From positions 1 to 64,000 of IMG/VR virus record IMGVR_UViG_3300025941_000667: 64,000 nucleotides of DNA; one strand, written 5' to 3'. Positions within the stretch are counted from its first letter, which is position 1. Each line of letters starts with the position of its first letter. The position numbers and the translations under genes are program-made. The notes under the pieces are model-generated. The model was not told the DNA's origin and made no database searches. It saw only the letters and a list, made by a program, of their open reading frames with translations. Positions 49,601 to 57,137 of this stretch are shown piece by piece. Source of the stretch: a virus.

Positions 49601-50994
49601 GTGCCTGTAAGATCCCCTCCGTTCGTAGTGGTCGCGCATGTCGGGCAGCTCGCGTCACCCGTGGCCGACGTCACCACCAACGGAGAAGACCCCGTCACCA
49701 CAGGAGTGCCAGTATTCGTACCCCACGTAACCACTGGCGTGCCTGCCGCTGCTTGGGGCGCAAGCGTTACTGTTCCAGAGGTATTACCCTTGAGCAGCAC
49801 CTTCCCAATCGTTGTATTCGCAACACCGAGCGTCAGAGAGCCATTCGAGATGTTGGCGTTGACATTCCCGTCAACCGCAGTCCCCGTCCCGCCGTAGTAG
49901 GCCAATTGGCCCGCCGTCCCTGTGTTTACCGTTCCTGTCGGAACGCCAGCTGCCCCTAATGTCGTCCAGGAACCATTGACCCGCGCCTCGACACCAGGGA
50001 TGTCTGAGTTGTAGCGAATCATAGAATTTTCAGCAGTGGGACGCTGGGCCGTGGTGCCGCTTGGGAGTTTAAGCGCACTGGTCTGTGAGGAAGCATCAAG
50101 GGCCGCATTTGCGCTGGGCGTTCCGCCAATACCTAAATGCGTCCCACTCAGATCTCCAACGAGCAAAGTTCCGATACGCAACGTATCGCTTTCTGCTCCT
50201 GAGCCCGCATTCGTTGCCGTGCTATTTCCGAGATAAATGTTACCGCTGCCTGTGGTAAGCGCTTGGCCTACTTCCGCACCGAGAATCGTGTTGTGGCCGC
50301 CGGTGGTAACGCCGGTGCCCGCCTGAAAGCCTACGGCTGTGTTAAGCGTGCCGCTTGAATCGGCAGTCAGCGTATGGTCGCCAATCGCCACAGAGGACAG
50401 CTCCCCTCCGGCGCTCGCTAACGCATCGGCGCCCGCGACCACACAGAGCGGCGCAAGCGACTGATCAAAAGCAGTGGTGCCCATGACAGGGTTGCCAGCA
50501 GTCGTCAACTGAAAGCCGGTAATAGGAGAGCAGGAACCCCCATCCCCACTCGCGCTTCCCAACTGCCACGCTGAGGGAGTAGGAAACAACAGCGTAGTCA
50601 CATCCGCAGTCCCGCTCACGTAGTCCGTGGCTTTCACCCGAAAGTAACGAGCATTCACTGGTCCTTGCCACATGCCCGGGGCAGTAGCTGAGACCACGCC
50701 TGGAGTCGGGGATAAGGCGCCAATAGCTGCCACCGTCGTCGTTTCCCAATCGACGCCCGTATTTGACGTTTCAATAGCCAGTGTTCCAACAAAAGTATTG
50801 CCAACTTGGATAGAGACCCAACGATAGCCAGAAGTATCCACCTGAATGGCGATACCGTTGAGTGCGGCGACGGACCCGACAATTTGTAGGGTAGACCCGA
50901 GGCGAGTAATCGTTCCGACATTGGATTGCGCCAATACCGAGACCGGCACACAGGCCAGGGTCAAGATGAAGAAGAAGGCGCGAATCCAGCGCAT
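46648..50994 (-). CDS. Trimeric fibre protein with N-terminal signal peptide and C-terminal S74-type intramolecular chaperone
   Basis: MRWIRAFFFILTLACVPVSVLA; NTAVG/NTALG beta-roll repeats; LPSGTTAQRP; triplicated LP.ATDT.VGKATTD..TNKT; SLEEWKNI..LKP..F.W..VRYQELTAVLVKAIQEQQAQIDELK. Confidence 0.8.
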   Translation of the reverse strand: MRWIRAFFFILTLACVPVSVLAQSNVGTITRLGSTLQIVGSVAALNGIAIQVDTSGYRWVSIQVGNTFVGTLAIETSNTGVDWETTTVAAIGALSPTPGVVSATAPGMWQGPVNARYFRVKATDYVSGTADVTTLLFPTPSAWQLGSASGDGGSCSPITGFQLTTAGNPVMGTTAFDQSLAPLCVVAGADALASAGGELSSVAIGDHTLTADSSGTLNTAVGFQAGTGVTTGGHNTILGAEVGQALTTGSGNIYLGNSTATNAGSGAESDTLRIGTLLVGDLSGTHLGIGGTPSANAALDASSQTSALKLPSGTTAQRPTAENSMIRYNSDIPGVEARVNGSWTTLGAAGVPTGTVNTGTAGQLAYYGGTGTAVDGNVNANISNGSLTLGVANTTIGKVLLKGNTSGTVTLAPQAAAGTPVVTWGTNTGTPVVTGSSPLVVTSATGDASCPTCATTTNGGDLTGTAPVAVSAAGAISLSGTAGQVPNGLTGAFTATPTLGIAGASIGTLTFAGNSSGSVLLKPQAAAGTPTVTFGTASGTPAVTASSPLAITSATGNMTCATCVTSSGGGAITGTAPVAVSAAGAVSLSGGAGQVPNGATGAFTATPTLGASGTLGSLTMGNATSGTVTVAPVAGALGTVTWSLPAATDTAVGKATTDVFTNKTFDTADTGNVLKINTTAVTDKTGTGKVVLDTTPTLVTPVLGAATGTTLALGANGGSIGQLTMNGNTSGTVTVKPQAAAGTPTVTWGTSSGTPAVTVSAPLALSTATGNLTVTGAAGQVLAGATPAFTATPTLGASGTLGSLTMGNATSGTITVAPVTGALGTPTLSLPAATDTLVGKATTDTLTNKTFDTAGSGNVFKINTVTVSDKTGTGKMVLDTSPTLVTPVLGVASGTSLALGASGTLGSMSMGNATSGVVTVQPVAGALGTVTWSIPAATDTAVGKATTDTLTNKTYDTAGSGNVFKINGTAISDITGTGKAVLDTTPILTTPVLGVAAATSINKVAITPPATSATLTIADGKTLTASNTLTFTGTDTSTVAFGAGGTVAYTGNKLSVFAATTSAELAGVLSDETGSGTAVFNTSPTLVTPTLGVASATTVNTTGTGTTCQYQLGGVCALWEDGATNQNTVVGNSGAPATISGGTGNTYIGYHAGNATIGGGSNVAIGTNADALVTSGGDNVAMGNGALHTVVSGNDNTAIGDGVLGLHTGSNATGLGSAALQVATGAGNTALGRKAGLIVTTGANNLLIGPNVASTVLTTGSNNIEMGVSAAITTASLSTSDTINIGGTGGSWVLVTGTGTNTTANTIMHGILQLPDLSTNTGATTGTVCWTTSTGNLRVNNSTACTASLEEWKNIKWSHAMNGLDIVMKLKPFWFTWKKKEIAAGDKYEQPGLGAHHTESVDKRLVGYGTDGKLQGVRYQELTAVLVKAIQEQQAQIDELKRQLARRS

Positions 50995-51008
50995 AGGACG
51001 ATCTCCTT

Positions 51009-51380
51009 TTACATAAGAGCGGCAATAGTCATACGAACATCAATGGTGGTGGCGGCATCTCCCGCTGTGATATTGGGGCGCACCATGTGGGGATTCTCTA
51101 GAATTTTGGCGAAGATATCGCCGCCCGTGTTGATCGGTACGCCGGTGGGTTCCGCGCTCAAGGTAAACCAGGTGGGACTCACATCAGCGAGCCCGTTGTT
51201 TGAACCTTCAATGAGTGCTGTCCCGCCGGCGCCATACGTCCCGGTGACCTGCACAGTTACGCGAGACCCGGCCACTCCAGTAAACGGAGCACCGGTATCG
51301 CCGTTCTTCAGCCCAAGCCACGACACCTTGACCACGCCTGCCGTGCCGACGAACTGTTGGACATAAGGAAGGATGCTCAT
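51009..51380 (-). CDS. Small beta-sandwich virion protein
   Basis: VTVQVTGTYG.GGTALIEGSNNG...WFTL. Confidence 0.55.
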   Translation of the reverse strand: MSILPYVQQFVGTAGVVKVSWLGLKNGDTGAPFTGVAGSRVTVQVTGTYGAGGTALIEGSNNGLADVSPTWFTLSAEPTGVPINTGGDIFAKILENPHMVRPNITAGDAATTIDVRMTIAALM

Positions 51381-51697
51381 TAGTATGACCCGCGCGCCTG
51401 CCAGCGAAACACAACCGCAGCGAGATCCACAGCATTGCCCACTTCCGCTGAAATGCCCGTGGTGCCATCATCAGTATAGGCAAGTACGAGCCAATGAGTG
51501 GCGTCGGTTTTTGTCACTTCAAACCGATAGGCGCCAACATTGCCCACGTCGAGATAATCAATGATGCCAAGTCCGCCGCAATCATTTGGGATCACTGCCA
51601 CACCGCTGGTCACGTAGGCGCCAAGGTTGCCGTAGCCGGAGCGGATCAAGTAGCCATTCCCGGCATGGCGTTCTTCTGTCGTTAAGGAAACTGCCAT
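51380..51697 (-). CDS. Small putative head decoration/structural protein
   Basis: 105 aa; GAYVTSGV, AEVGNAVDL; downstream of the capsid gene. Confidence 0.5.
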   Translation of the reverse strand: MAVSLTTEERHAGNGYLIRSGYGNLGAYVTSGVAVIPNDCGGLGIIDYLDVGNVGAYRFEVTKTDATHWLVLAYTDDGTTGISAEVGNAVDLAAVVFRWQARGSY

Positions 51698-51755
51698 GTA
51701 GATACTCCATGTGGGGGCGCTAACCGCGCCCCGTGTTACTGTGAGAAAGGAAGGC

Positions 51756-52556
51756 TTACGCTAAGGCGTCTACGTCAGAGTAGGAGTTCGCCCACGGTCC
51801 ACACCGCACGTCAACGAGCGTAAAGTCGGACACGATATCCGAGGAGATGGTGACGAGCGCTGCGCCAATCATCAGGCGATGCGCAGAAGCCGCGCCAGTA
51901 ATGGTAAAGCGTTTCGTTGCAGCAATGATTTGTACGCCAACGCCAAGAGCTGTTGAAGCAAGCATCAGCCCGCGACAGTGACCTTTATTTTGAGTAAACC
52001 CATATTTGCCAATCGGGAGTCCATCAGGAGCAATGACAATACCCATGACGGTATTGGCAAAGTCGCCAGCAGCAGCGGCTTCAATGCCGTAGGTTGCAAG
52101 GAGCTGAAGATCGTCGTTGACAGCAAGGGCAGTCGTGAGTCCGGCATTCTCAGAGGTGTCGAGTTCAATACGTGTTGCGGTGTTGCGCTTGATGGGGCAG
52201 TATTCACCTTCTGGAGCCGCACCTGCGGCATCGGCATTATCGAGGACAAACATAATAGCGCCATCATGCGCGCCGGCAGTCAGTCCCGTGGTCACCGCAA
52301 GCACGGTCGATCCACTGAGGATATTATTGACTGCGGTGAGGCCGTTGGCGTCACCCACTTTGGAAACAAGTTCTCCCTGGAGAAAATCAACGGTATCGCG
52401 GTTATGGACAAAGCTGAAGAAGCGGTGACCCAACTTATCCAACATCAGCGCTTGGATATTGGTCGGGAAATCCTTGTTTTGATAGACTTTATTGACTTCC
52501 GTACCACCGACAACCAACAGGTTGCCGATCATGGAATAATTGATTGCAAGGGACAT
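51756..52556 (-). CDS. Putative capsid cement/decoration protein
   Basis: 266 aa; VMGIV..P.GKYGFTQNKG pattern; downstream of MCP. Confidence 0.55.
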   Translation of the reverse strand: MSLAINYSMIGNLLVVGGTEVNKVYQNKDFPTNIQALMLDKLGHRFFSFVHNRDTVDFLQGELVSKVGDANGLTAVNNILSGSTVLAVTTGLTAGAHDGAIMFVLDNADAAGAAPEGEYCPIKRNTATRIELDTSENAGLTTALAVNDDLQLLATYGIEAAAAGDFANTVMGIVIAPDGLPIGKYGFTQNKGHCRGLMLASTALGVGVQIIAATKRFTITGAASAHRLMIGAALVTISSDIVSDFTLVDVRCGPWANSYSDVDALA

Positions 52557-52598
52557 GACGGACTCCTTCCCCCGGTTTCAAGGCCGGAAAGGGAACGG

Positions 52599-52895
52599 TT
52601 AGACAGGGACGAGGAGGCCCCCGCGAGTTGTTTTCATTTTCTGCACCCGCATTGGTTGAGGTTGGGGTGCGTCGACCATTTTCATACTCAAGTTACGGTA
52701 CGCATTGAGCGATGGGTCTTTGACTAACGCCGCGACCACTGAAGACACCGAGTAGCGGGTTGCGCGCTGCCCCTCTTCTTTAACGAGGAAGGCATCCGCC
52801 CCACATCGTTGCGCCTCACGCAGCGCTGCAATACACAGCCAGAGGTGGGGCACAGCGCCTGCGGCGCCGTGTGCTGATTCCACCCAAAAGTCCAT
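52599..52895 (-). CDS. Hypothetical protein (98 aa)
   Basis: GAGG SD; fills the gap in the operon; ends GLLVPV. Confidence 0.5.
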   Translation of the reverse strand: MDFWVESAHGAAGAVPHLWLCIAALREAQRCGADAFLVKEEGQRATRYSVSSVVAALVKDPSLNAYRNLSMKMVDAPQPQPMRVQKMKTTRGGLLVPV

Positions 52896-52899
52896 GGCG

Positions 52900-53139
52900 C
52901 TACGATTCCTCTCCGTACTTTTCCAACAGCTGACCCCAACGACGACCAACCACACGCGGAGGATTCCGCACTTTCTCTGCTCTGCCGTGCTCGTTCCGGT
53001 AATACCCGTCGCCCTGACGAATCATTTGCTGGTTCCTGCGATACTTGGGGTATTCTTCAGGATCATAGGGAATCATGTGGTCCGGAGGATCTTCTCCGTA
53101 CCCATCGTAATCCAGCCAAGGACATTCTTTATTCATCAC
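52900..53139 (-). CDS. Hypothetical protein (79 aa)
   Basis: AGGAG SD; same orientation as the operon. Confidence 0.5.
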   Translation of the reverse strand: MMNKECPWLDYDGYGEDPPDHMIPYDPEEYPKYRRNQQMIRQGDGYYRNEHGRAEKVRNPPRVVGRRWGQLLEKYGEES

Positions 53140-53145
53140 GAACTC

Positions 53146-53340
53146 CTATTTCTTTTCGAGAAGCGCCCTCACAAAGCAGTCTTTTGCTTCAAGGAGTTTT
53201 CTAAGCCCTACCGTCTTTTCCGCTCCTTCCTCTAGCAACTCATCCATCTTTTGCGCGAATTCGCCACACAGTTTTGACACTTCCTGCAAAGGCATAGGTA
53301 GATGTTCATAACCAAAAAATTGCATCAATCTGTTTGCCAT
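53146..53340 (-). CDS. Small conserved phage helical-hairpin protein, possible Acb2/Tad1-like nucleotide sponge
   Basis: FF.YEHLP..LQEVSK...FA.....L....EKTVGLRKLLEAKDCFVRA. Confidence 0.5.
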   Translation of the reverse strand: MANRLMQFFGYEHLPMPLQEVSKLCGEFAQKMDELLEEGAEKTVGLRKLLEAKDCFVRALLEKK

Positions 53341-53349
53341 CTGTTTTCC

Positions 53350-53856
53350 TTAACTCCCAGGCACGAAAAGCCCGGATTCATGGAGCTTCCATCTGTTGGG
53401 CATCTTCGACCAGCTCTCGAACTCTGTTTCGACCTTCAGCTCCGCACTGGCTTCGGCTTCGGGAGAGAGTTTCTTTCCCTGCTCAGTGGCCGGGAAATCG
53501 TCAGGGTTCTTGAGGAGAAAGTCCTTGAGTGCAGACACTGCAAAGTCGATCCATTCCAAAGCGCGCTCGCCTTTCTCTTCACTGTGGCCCGGAGTATGGA
53601 CCCGGAGCACGTCATAGTTGTCACAGAAGCCTTTACGACACGCCATCACTGCCACCTGTACGGGGCTCCAGCTCTGCGATTTGCCTTCTGAGACAAATGG
53701 AAGGTTTTCGATAATACGAACCCGGCCCGGTAACTGATCCGGCTTCCGCCACGCTTGCTTGAAGACGCGCTTGAGCTTCTGGTTTTCTCGATAGTCCCCT
53801 CCTACACGATCAAGAGGGTCTATCGGTAACAGGACATGACCGGCATTCGCAGGCAT
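53350..53856 (-). CDS. Hypothetical protein (168 aa)
   Basis: Operon context; ends SGLFVPGS. Confidence 0.55.
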   Translation of the reverse strand: MPANAGHVLLPIDPLDRVGGDYRENQKLKRVFKQAWRKPDQLPGRVRIIENLPFVSEGKSQSWSPVQVAVMACRKGFCDNYDVLRVHTPGHSEEKGERALEWIDFAVSALKDFLLKNPDDFPATEQGKKLSPEAEASAELKVETEFESWSKMPNRWKLHESGLFVPGS

Positions 53857-53958
53857 AGGTGAAGTTTCCTATCAGTAATGGGCTCGCTACCTGTTTGGTA
53901 ATTCTGTGCTAATTTTATTAGCACGTTCCTACCACAGCGTACCGTAAGGTCGCGATAT

Positions 53959-54906
53959 TTAAGTTAAATTGTACAAACTAAAGAAGGCCCACGGCGCCAA
54001 AAACTCAAAATTGCCAATCAGCAAGAATTGCGCGGCGTAGCCATCGGTGCCGGGGATACGGTCCCACCCGGTCCAGTTCCAGGCCCCATCCTGCATGATG
54101 CAAAATTGCATATATTCAGTGTTGTAGCCGTTCATCTGCCCTGCAGGGCACTTTGCGTCGTCTACAAGGTTACATCCGAGATTACTAATGACTCGGTAGC
54201 CAAGTTCCGCAATCTCATTATTGCCGCTGTTCTTGTCAAAAATTTGTTGCGTGCTGATACGATTGGCCGCGGTTTCCCAGATCGTAGGAGTAGTAATCGC
54301 GAGATCGGGGGAATCGTTGCCGCGCCGGGCTCTCGTCTGGCCGTGCGTCATCGCCGCAAAATTAAAGGAACCGCCGGTCACATCTACAAAGGATTGCCAC
54401 CCATCAACAGAGGCACGCGGGATCGTGGCATACGTGGGATAAAACGTGCCGTCATCAATCGCGACAGCGGAGCCGTCCATATTAACGCCAGTGCCATCGC
54501 TAAAAATCTGCTCGCCCATAATATCGACGATTTTCATCTTGGCGGCTTGCTTCAGCGCTTCACTCAGCGTGAAACTGGAGGCGGGACCACGAGCACGTAG
54601 AGCATCAATCCGGGTAACGACCACTTCGGAGTAGGCTTGTTTCCATGTGACCGTTGCGGGGCGAAAGAGTTGTTTCTCCGAATTCGCAAAACGACCCAAG
54701 CCCGAGTACATGCCGCCGTTAGCCTTATCCACCATCACCGCCCAGGTAAGGTCAAAGTTCGGGTCGCACTCCATCAGCTTGTTATGAGAATCGAGGTACG
54801 AAAACAACGCAGACGAGGTAAAGGCAACATCGACCAAATATGGTTGGATCACACGACCGACCGCAGACCCCACGTTATCTAACCCGTTGGTAATGGTGAC
54901 AGGCAT
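53959..54906 (-). CDS. Major capsid protein (HK97 fold predicted)
   Basis: 315 aa after the scaffold; WKQAYS, IFSDGTG, PDLAITT, D.KCPAG.M...NT.Y. Confidence 0.8.
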   Translation of the reverse strand: MPVTITNGLDNVGSAVGRVIQPYLVDVAFTSSALFSYLDSHNKLMECDPNFDLTWAVMVDKANGGMYSGLGRFANSEKQLFRPATVTWKQAYSEVVVTRIDALRARGPASSFTLSEALKQAAKMKIVDIMGEQIFSDGTGVNMDGSAVAIDDGTFYPTYATIPRASVDGWQSFVDVTGGSFNFAAMTHGQTRARRGNDSPDLAITTPTIWETAANRISTQQIFDKNSGNNEIAELGYRVISNLGCNLVDDAKCPAGQMNGYNTEYMQFCIMQDGAWNWTGWDRIPGTDGYAAQFLLIGNFEFLAPWAFFSLYNLT

Positions 54907-54958
54907 TTCCGCTACTCCTTCTATGCGCGGTGGTCTTTAGTAGTGTGTCCACCGACAG

Positions 54959-55969
54959 TTAATTGACTAATTCAGCGTCAGGATTGGCGAGCACGCGCCG
55001 CAAATTTGTTGATACATTCGCTTCGCGATTGCGCGCGTGCCACACTCGCGATTTCCCCTCAGTCGGGGCAGCCTCTGCTGTGCGCGGGACTTCACGGCCA
55101 GGCCGATGAAACGGACTGACGGGTAATGACCCCATTGCCCCTTCGCCGTTGCTTGGCAGCGCCGCTTCTTTTTCCGCACGGTACGCAGCCCACTTCTCCT
55201 CAAGGCGCTTCTGGTCGCTGGCTTCCCGGTCCTCATCTGCATAGAGCGCGTTGGCGGCCTCGCCCCAGGTTCGATAGTTGCCAGTCTTGTATTCTTCAAA
55301 AATGCGGTCGACTCGGTCAGGATGCTCTCGGGCATACAGCACTTCTTCATGGTTGAAGTGGCCCATTTCTCGGAGGCCCATCCCGAGCTTTTGGTCAAGC
55401 TGTTTGGCGCGTTCTTCTGCTGCGCTCATCATCGTGGGAATCGAGTTACGGAGCTGCTCAACTTGCTGCTCTAATTGCTGATAGCGCTGCGGGAGGTGCT
55501 CCATTTCCGTCATCATGTTTTCCATCGCGTCCACAATGCGACCCTGCGCGTCGATCGACTCTTCAAAGGTGATCTCGCCGCGTTGCTGCATCGCCTTGAT
55601 GGATTGCAGACTTTGACGACCCTGTGCAAAACGAGATGCCACATCAGGAGCAGACCGTTCAGTTCCATTCTGTGGCTGGGGTCGCCCGCGCCCTGCCCGC
55701 ACGTTCTGGACAATCTGCGGAAGTCGCTCATCCCGCAGCCAATCCTGATTGTCGTTCGCCCAGCGTTGAAGAGGCTCTACTTGCTCGTAGCGTTGCTTAT
55801 ACTCACTCGCCTGCTGGGTCGCCCGCGTGTGATCGGCTTGTAAATGGAAAAATTTGTCTACTGCAGTCGAGCTCGTGAATTTCTTCTCGATCTCTCGCTT
55901 TTGCTCATCAGTCATAGGAAGATCGTCGATCCAACTCGTAAATTCTTTACCGACTACTCGTTTTGCCAT
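54959..55969 (-). CDS. Putative capsid scaffolding protein
   Basis: Charged coiled-coil with QADHTRATQ motif; immediately upstream of MCP. Confidence 0.7.
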   Translation of the reverse strand: MAKRVVGKEFTSWIDDLPMTDEQKREIEKKFTSSTAVDKFFHLQADHTRATQQASEYKQRYEQVEPLQRWANDNQDWLRDERLPQIVQNVRAGRGRPQPQNGTERSAPDVASRFAQGRQSLQSIKAMQQRGEITFEESIDAQGRIVDAMENMMTEMEHLPQRYQQLEQQVEQLRNSIPTMMSAAEERAKQLDQKLGMGLREMGHFNHEEVLYAREHPDRVDRIFEEYKTGNYRTWGEAANALYADEDREASDQKRLEEKWAAYRAEKEAALPSNGEGAMGSLPVSPFHRPGREVPRTAEAAPTEGKSRVWHARNREANVSTNLRRVLANPDAELVN

Positions 55970-56057
55970 ACGATATCTGAACTTTCGCCTTTTGTTCGCC
56001 CTAGGTGGTGTGACTCGGCTCGACGAGCGGCACCTGGAGGCGGAACAGGTCAGGCTG

Positions 56058-56516
56058 TTATTCGCCTGCCATTCCTGGGGTGCTCATCATGGGCCGAGGA
56101 GGGGCAAGGTTACCGGACGAGGGGGCAGAGATGCCGTCGCCGGACATGGGCATGGTAGGACCAGCCACGACAGAAGCGACGGTACGGATAATTTTAATCA
56201 GGGCGTCAGGAAGACCGGGGATTTTTGCGGCGTCATACGCGAGAGAGCCGACTTGATTGATGATGTCTTTGGGATCTACGGGCGGGGGTTCAGCGCCAAG
56301 CTCCCCTTCCATCATCTCATCATCGGGCGATGGCTGCGCCATCGTCTCTTGCATAACAGAGCGCATGCGTTCTGGTCCGAGTTGCGTGACGTCGGGAATG
56401 ATCGGCGGGGCCATCATCTGACCCACGCCGGTCATGCTCCCTGAAGGACCATTGGGAGGCGGATAGCCGTCTAGAGGACCCGGCACATCTAATGGTGAGA
56501 GTATGGGCGAGGGCAC
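56058..56516 (-). CDS. Pro/Met-rich hypothetical protein
   Basis: Lies between portal and scaffold. Confidence 0.45.
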   Translation of the reverse strand: MPSPILSPLDVPGPLDGYPPPNGPSGSMTGVGQMMAPPIIPDVTQLGPERMRSVMQETMAQPSPDDEMMEGELGAEPPPVDPKDIINQVGSLAYDAAKIPGLPDALIKIIRTVASVVAGPTMPMSGDGISAPSSGNLAPPRPMMSTPGMAGE

Positions 56517-56723
56517 TTAATAGCCCTTTTTACTTTTCTTCATGCCACCACTGTTCCCACCGGAAGGATTCGGGGAGGGTTGCTTGCCATTGCCAAGATG
56601 TTCGGCGGCAATGTGACCTTTGCCCCACCACCCGCGATTGATCGGACCCGGAGGCATCCCGGCGCCGCCAGAGGTTTGTTCAAGTTCGGTTCCTGGAACT
56701 CCGTTTTTGACAACTGCAGCCAT
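56517..56723 (-). CDS. Small basic hypothetical protein (MAAVVKNG...)
   Basis: AAGGAG SD before ATG. Confidence 0.5.
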   Translation of the reverse strand: MAAVVKNGVPGTELEQTSGGAGMPPGPINRGWWGKGHIAAEHLGNGKQPSPNPSGGNSGGMKKSKKGY

Positions 56724-56818
56724 AAAGGTCTCCTTATACGATATTCGGGGCGAAGATAAAGCGAAAGTAAAATATACAGGCACGCTAGTACAATACAACC
56801 AAATAGCAATACGGACGG

Positions 56819-56974
56819 TTATTTCCCTTTGCCGCGCCGCGCTTCATCGAGGCCAATCTTGATGGCCTGCTTTCGACTCTTCACAATCGGCCCATTCTTA
56901 CTGCCAGAATGCAACTCACCAGCTTTGAATTTTCGCATCTCGTCTTCAACTTCATGACCTTTGCGTAGAGGCAT
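56819..56974 (-). CDS. DUF6496-like small basic protein (51 aa; not in the ORF track)
   Basis: MPLRKGHEVEDEMRKFKAGELHSGSKNGPIVKSRKQAIKIGLDEARRGKGK; AGGAG SD. Confidence 0.7.
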   Translation of the reverse strand: MPLRKGHEVEDEMRKFKAGELHSGSKNGPIVKSRKQAIKIGLDEARRGKGK

Positions 56975-56989
56975 AGCACTCTCCTTTTT

Positions 56990-57130
56990 CTACAATTTAA
57001 GACCGCCAATCAGGACACCGAGCATAAAAAAGAACAATCCCCACGCTACGAGATTCCCATATGGGACTCCTACGCCTGCGCATCCAAATAAGACAGCAGC
57101 AACAATATAAAATACTTGGGTAATGTTCAT
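56990..57130 (-). CDS. 46-aa two-TM membrane protein
   Basis: MNITQVFYIVAAVLFGCAGVGVPYGNLVAWGLFFFMLGVLIGGLKL; GAGG SD. Confidence 0.6.
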   Translation of the reverse strand: MNITQVFYIVAAVLFGCAGVGVPYGNLVAWGLFFFMLGVLIGGLKL

Positions 57131-57137
57131 AGAAACC

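Noticed and set aside
48143-49897. 584-aa ORF on + and similar long + ORFs at 42000-47600
   Set aside because: Antisense shadows of T/G/A-rich repetitive fibre and IPT codons; V/P/A-rich, with no motifs or SD, unlike the HNH case.
51714-51732. GC hairpin GGGGCGC-taacc-GCGCCCC as a terminator
   Set aside because: No U-tract follows on the coding (-) strand; may be an mRNA stability element, so not called.
53906-53924. Resemblance to the CIRCE/HrcA operator
   Set aside because: The arms are in the opposite order to TTAGCACTC-N9-GAGTGCTAA and the spacing differs.
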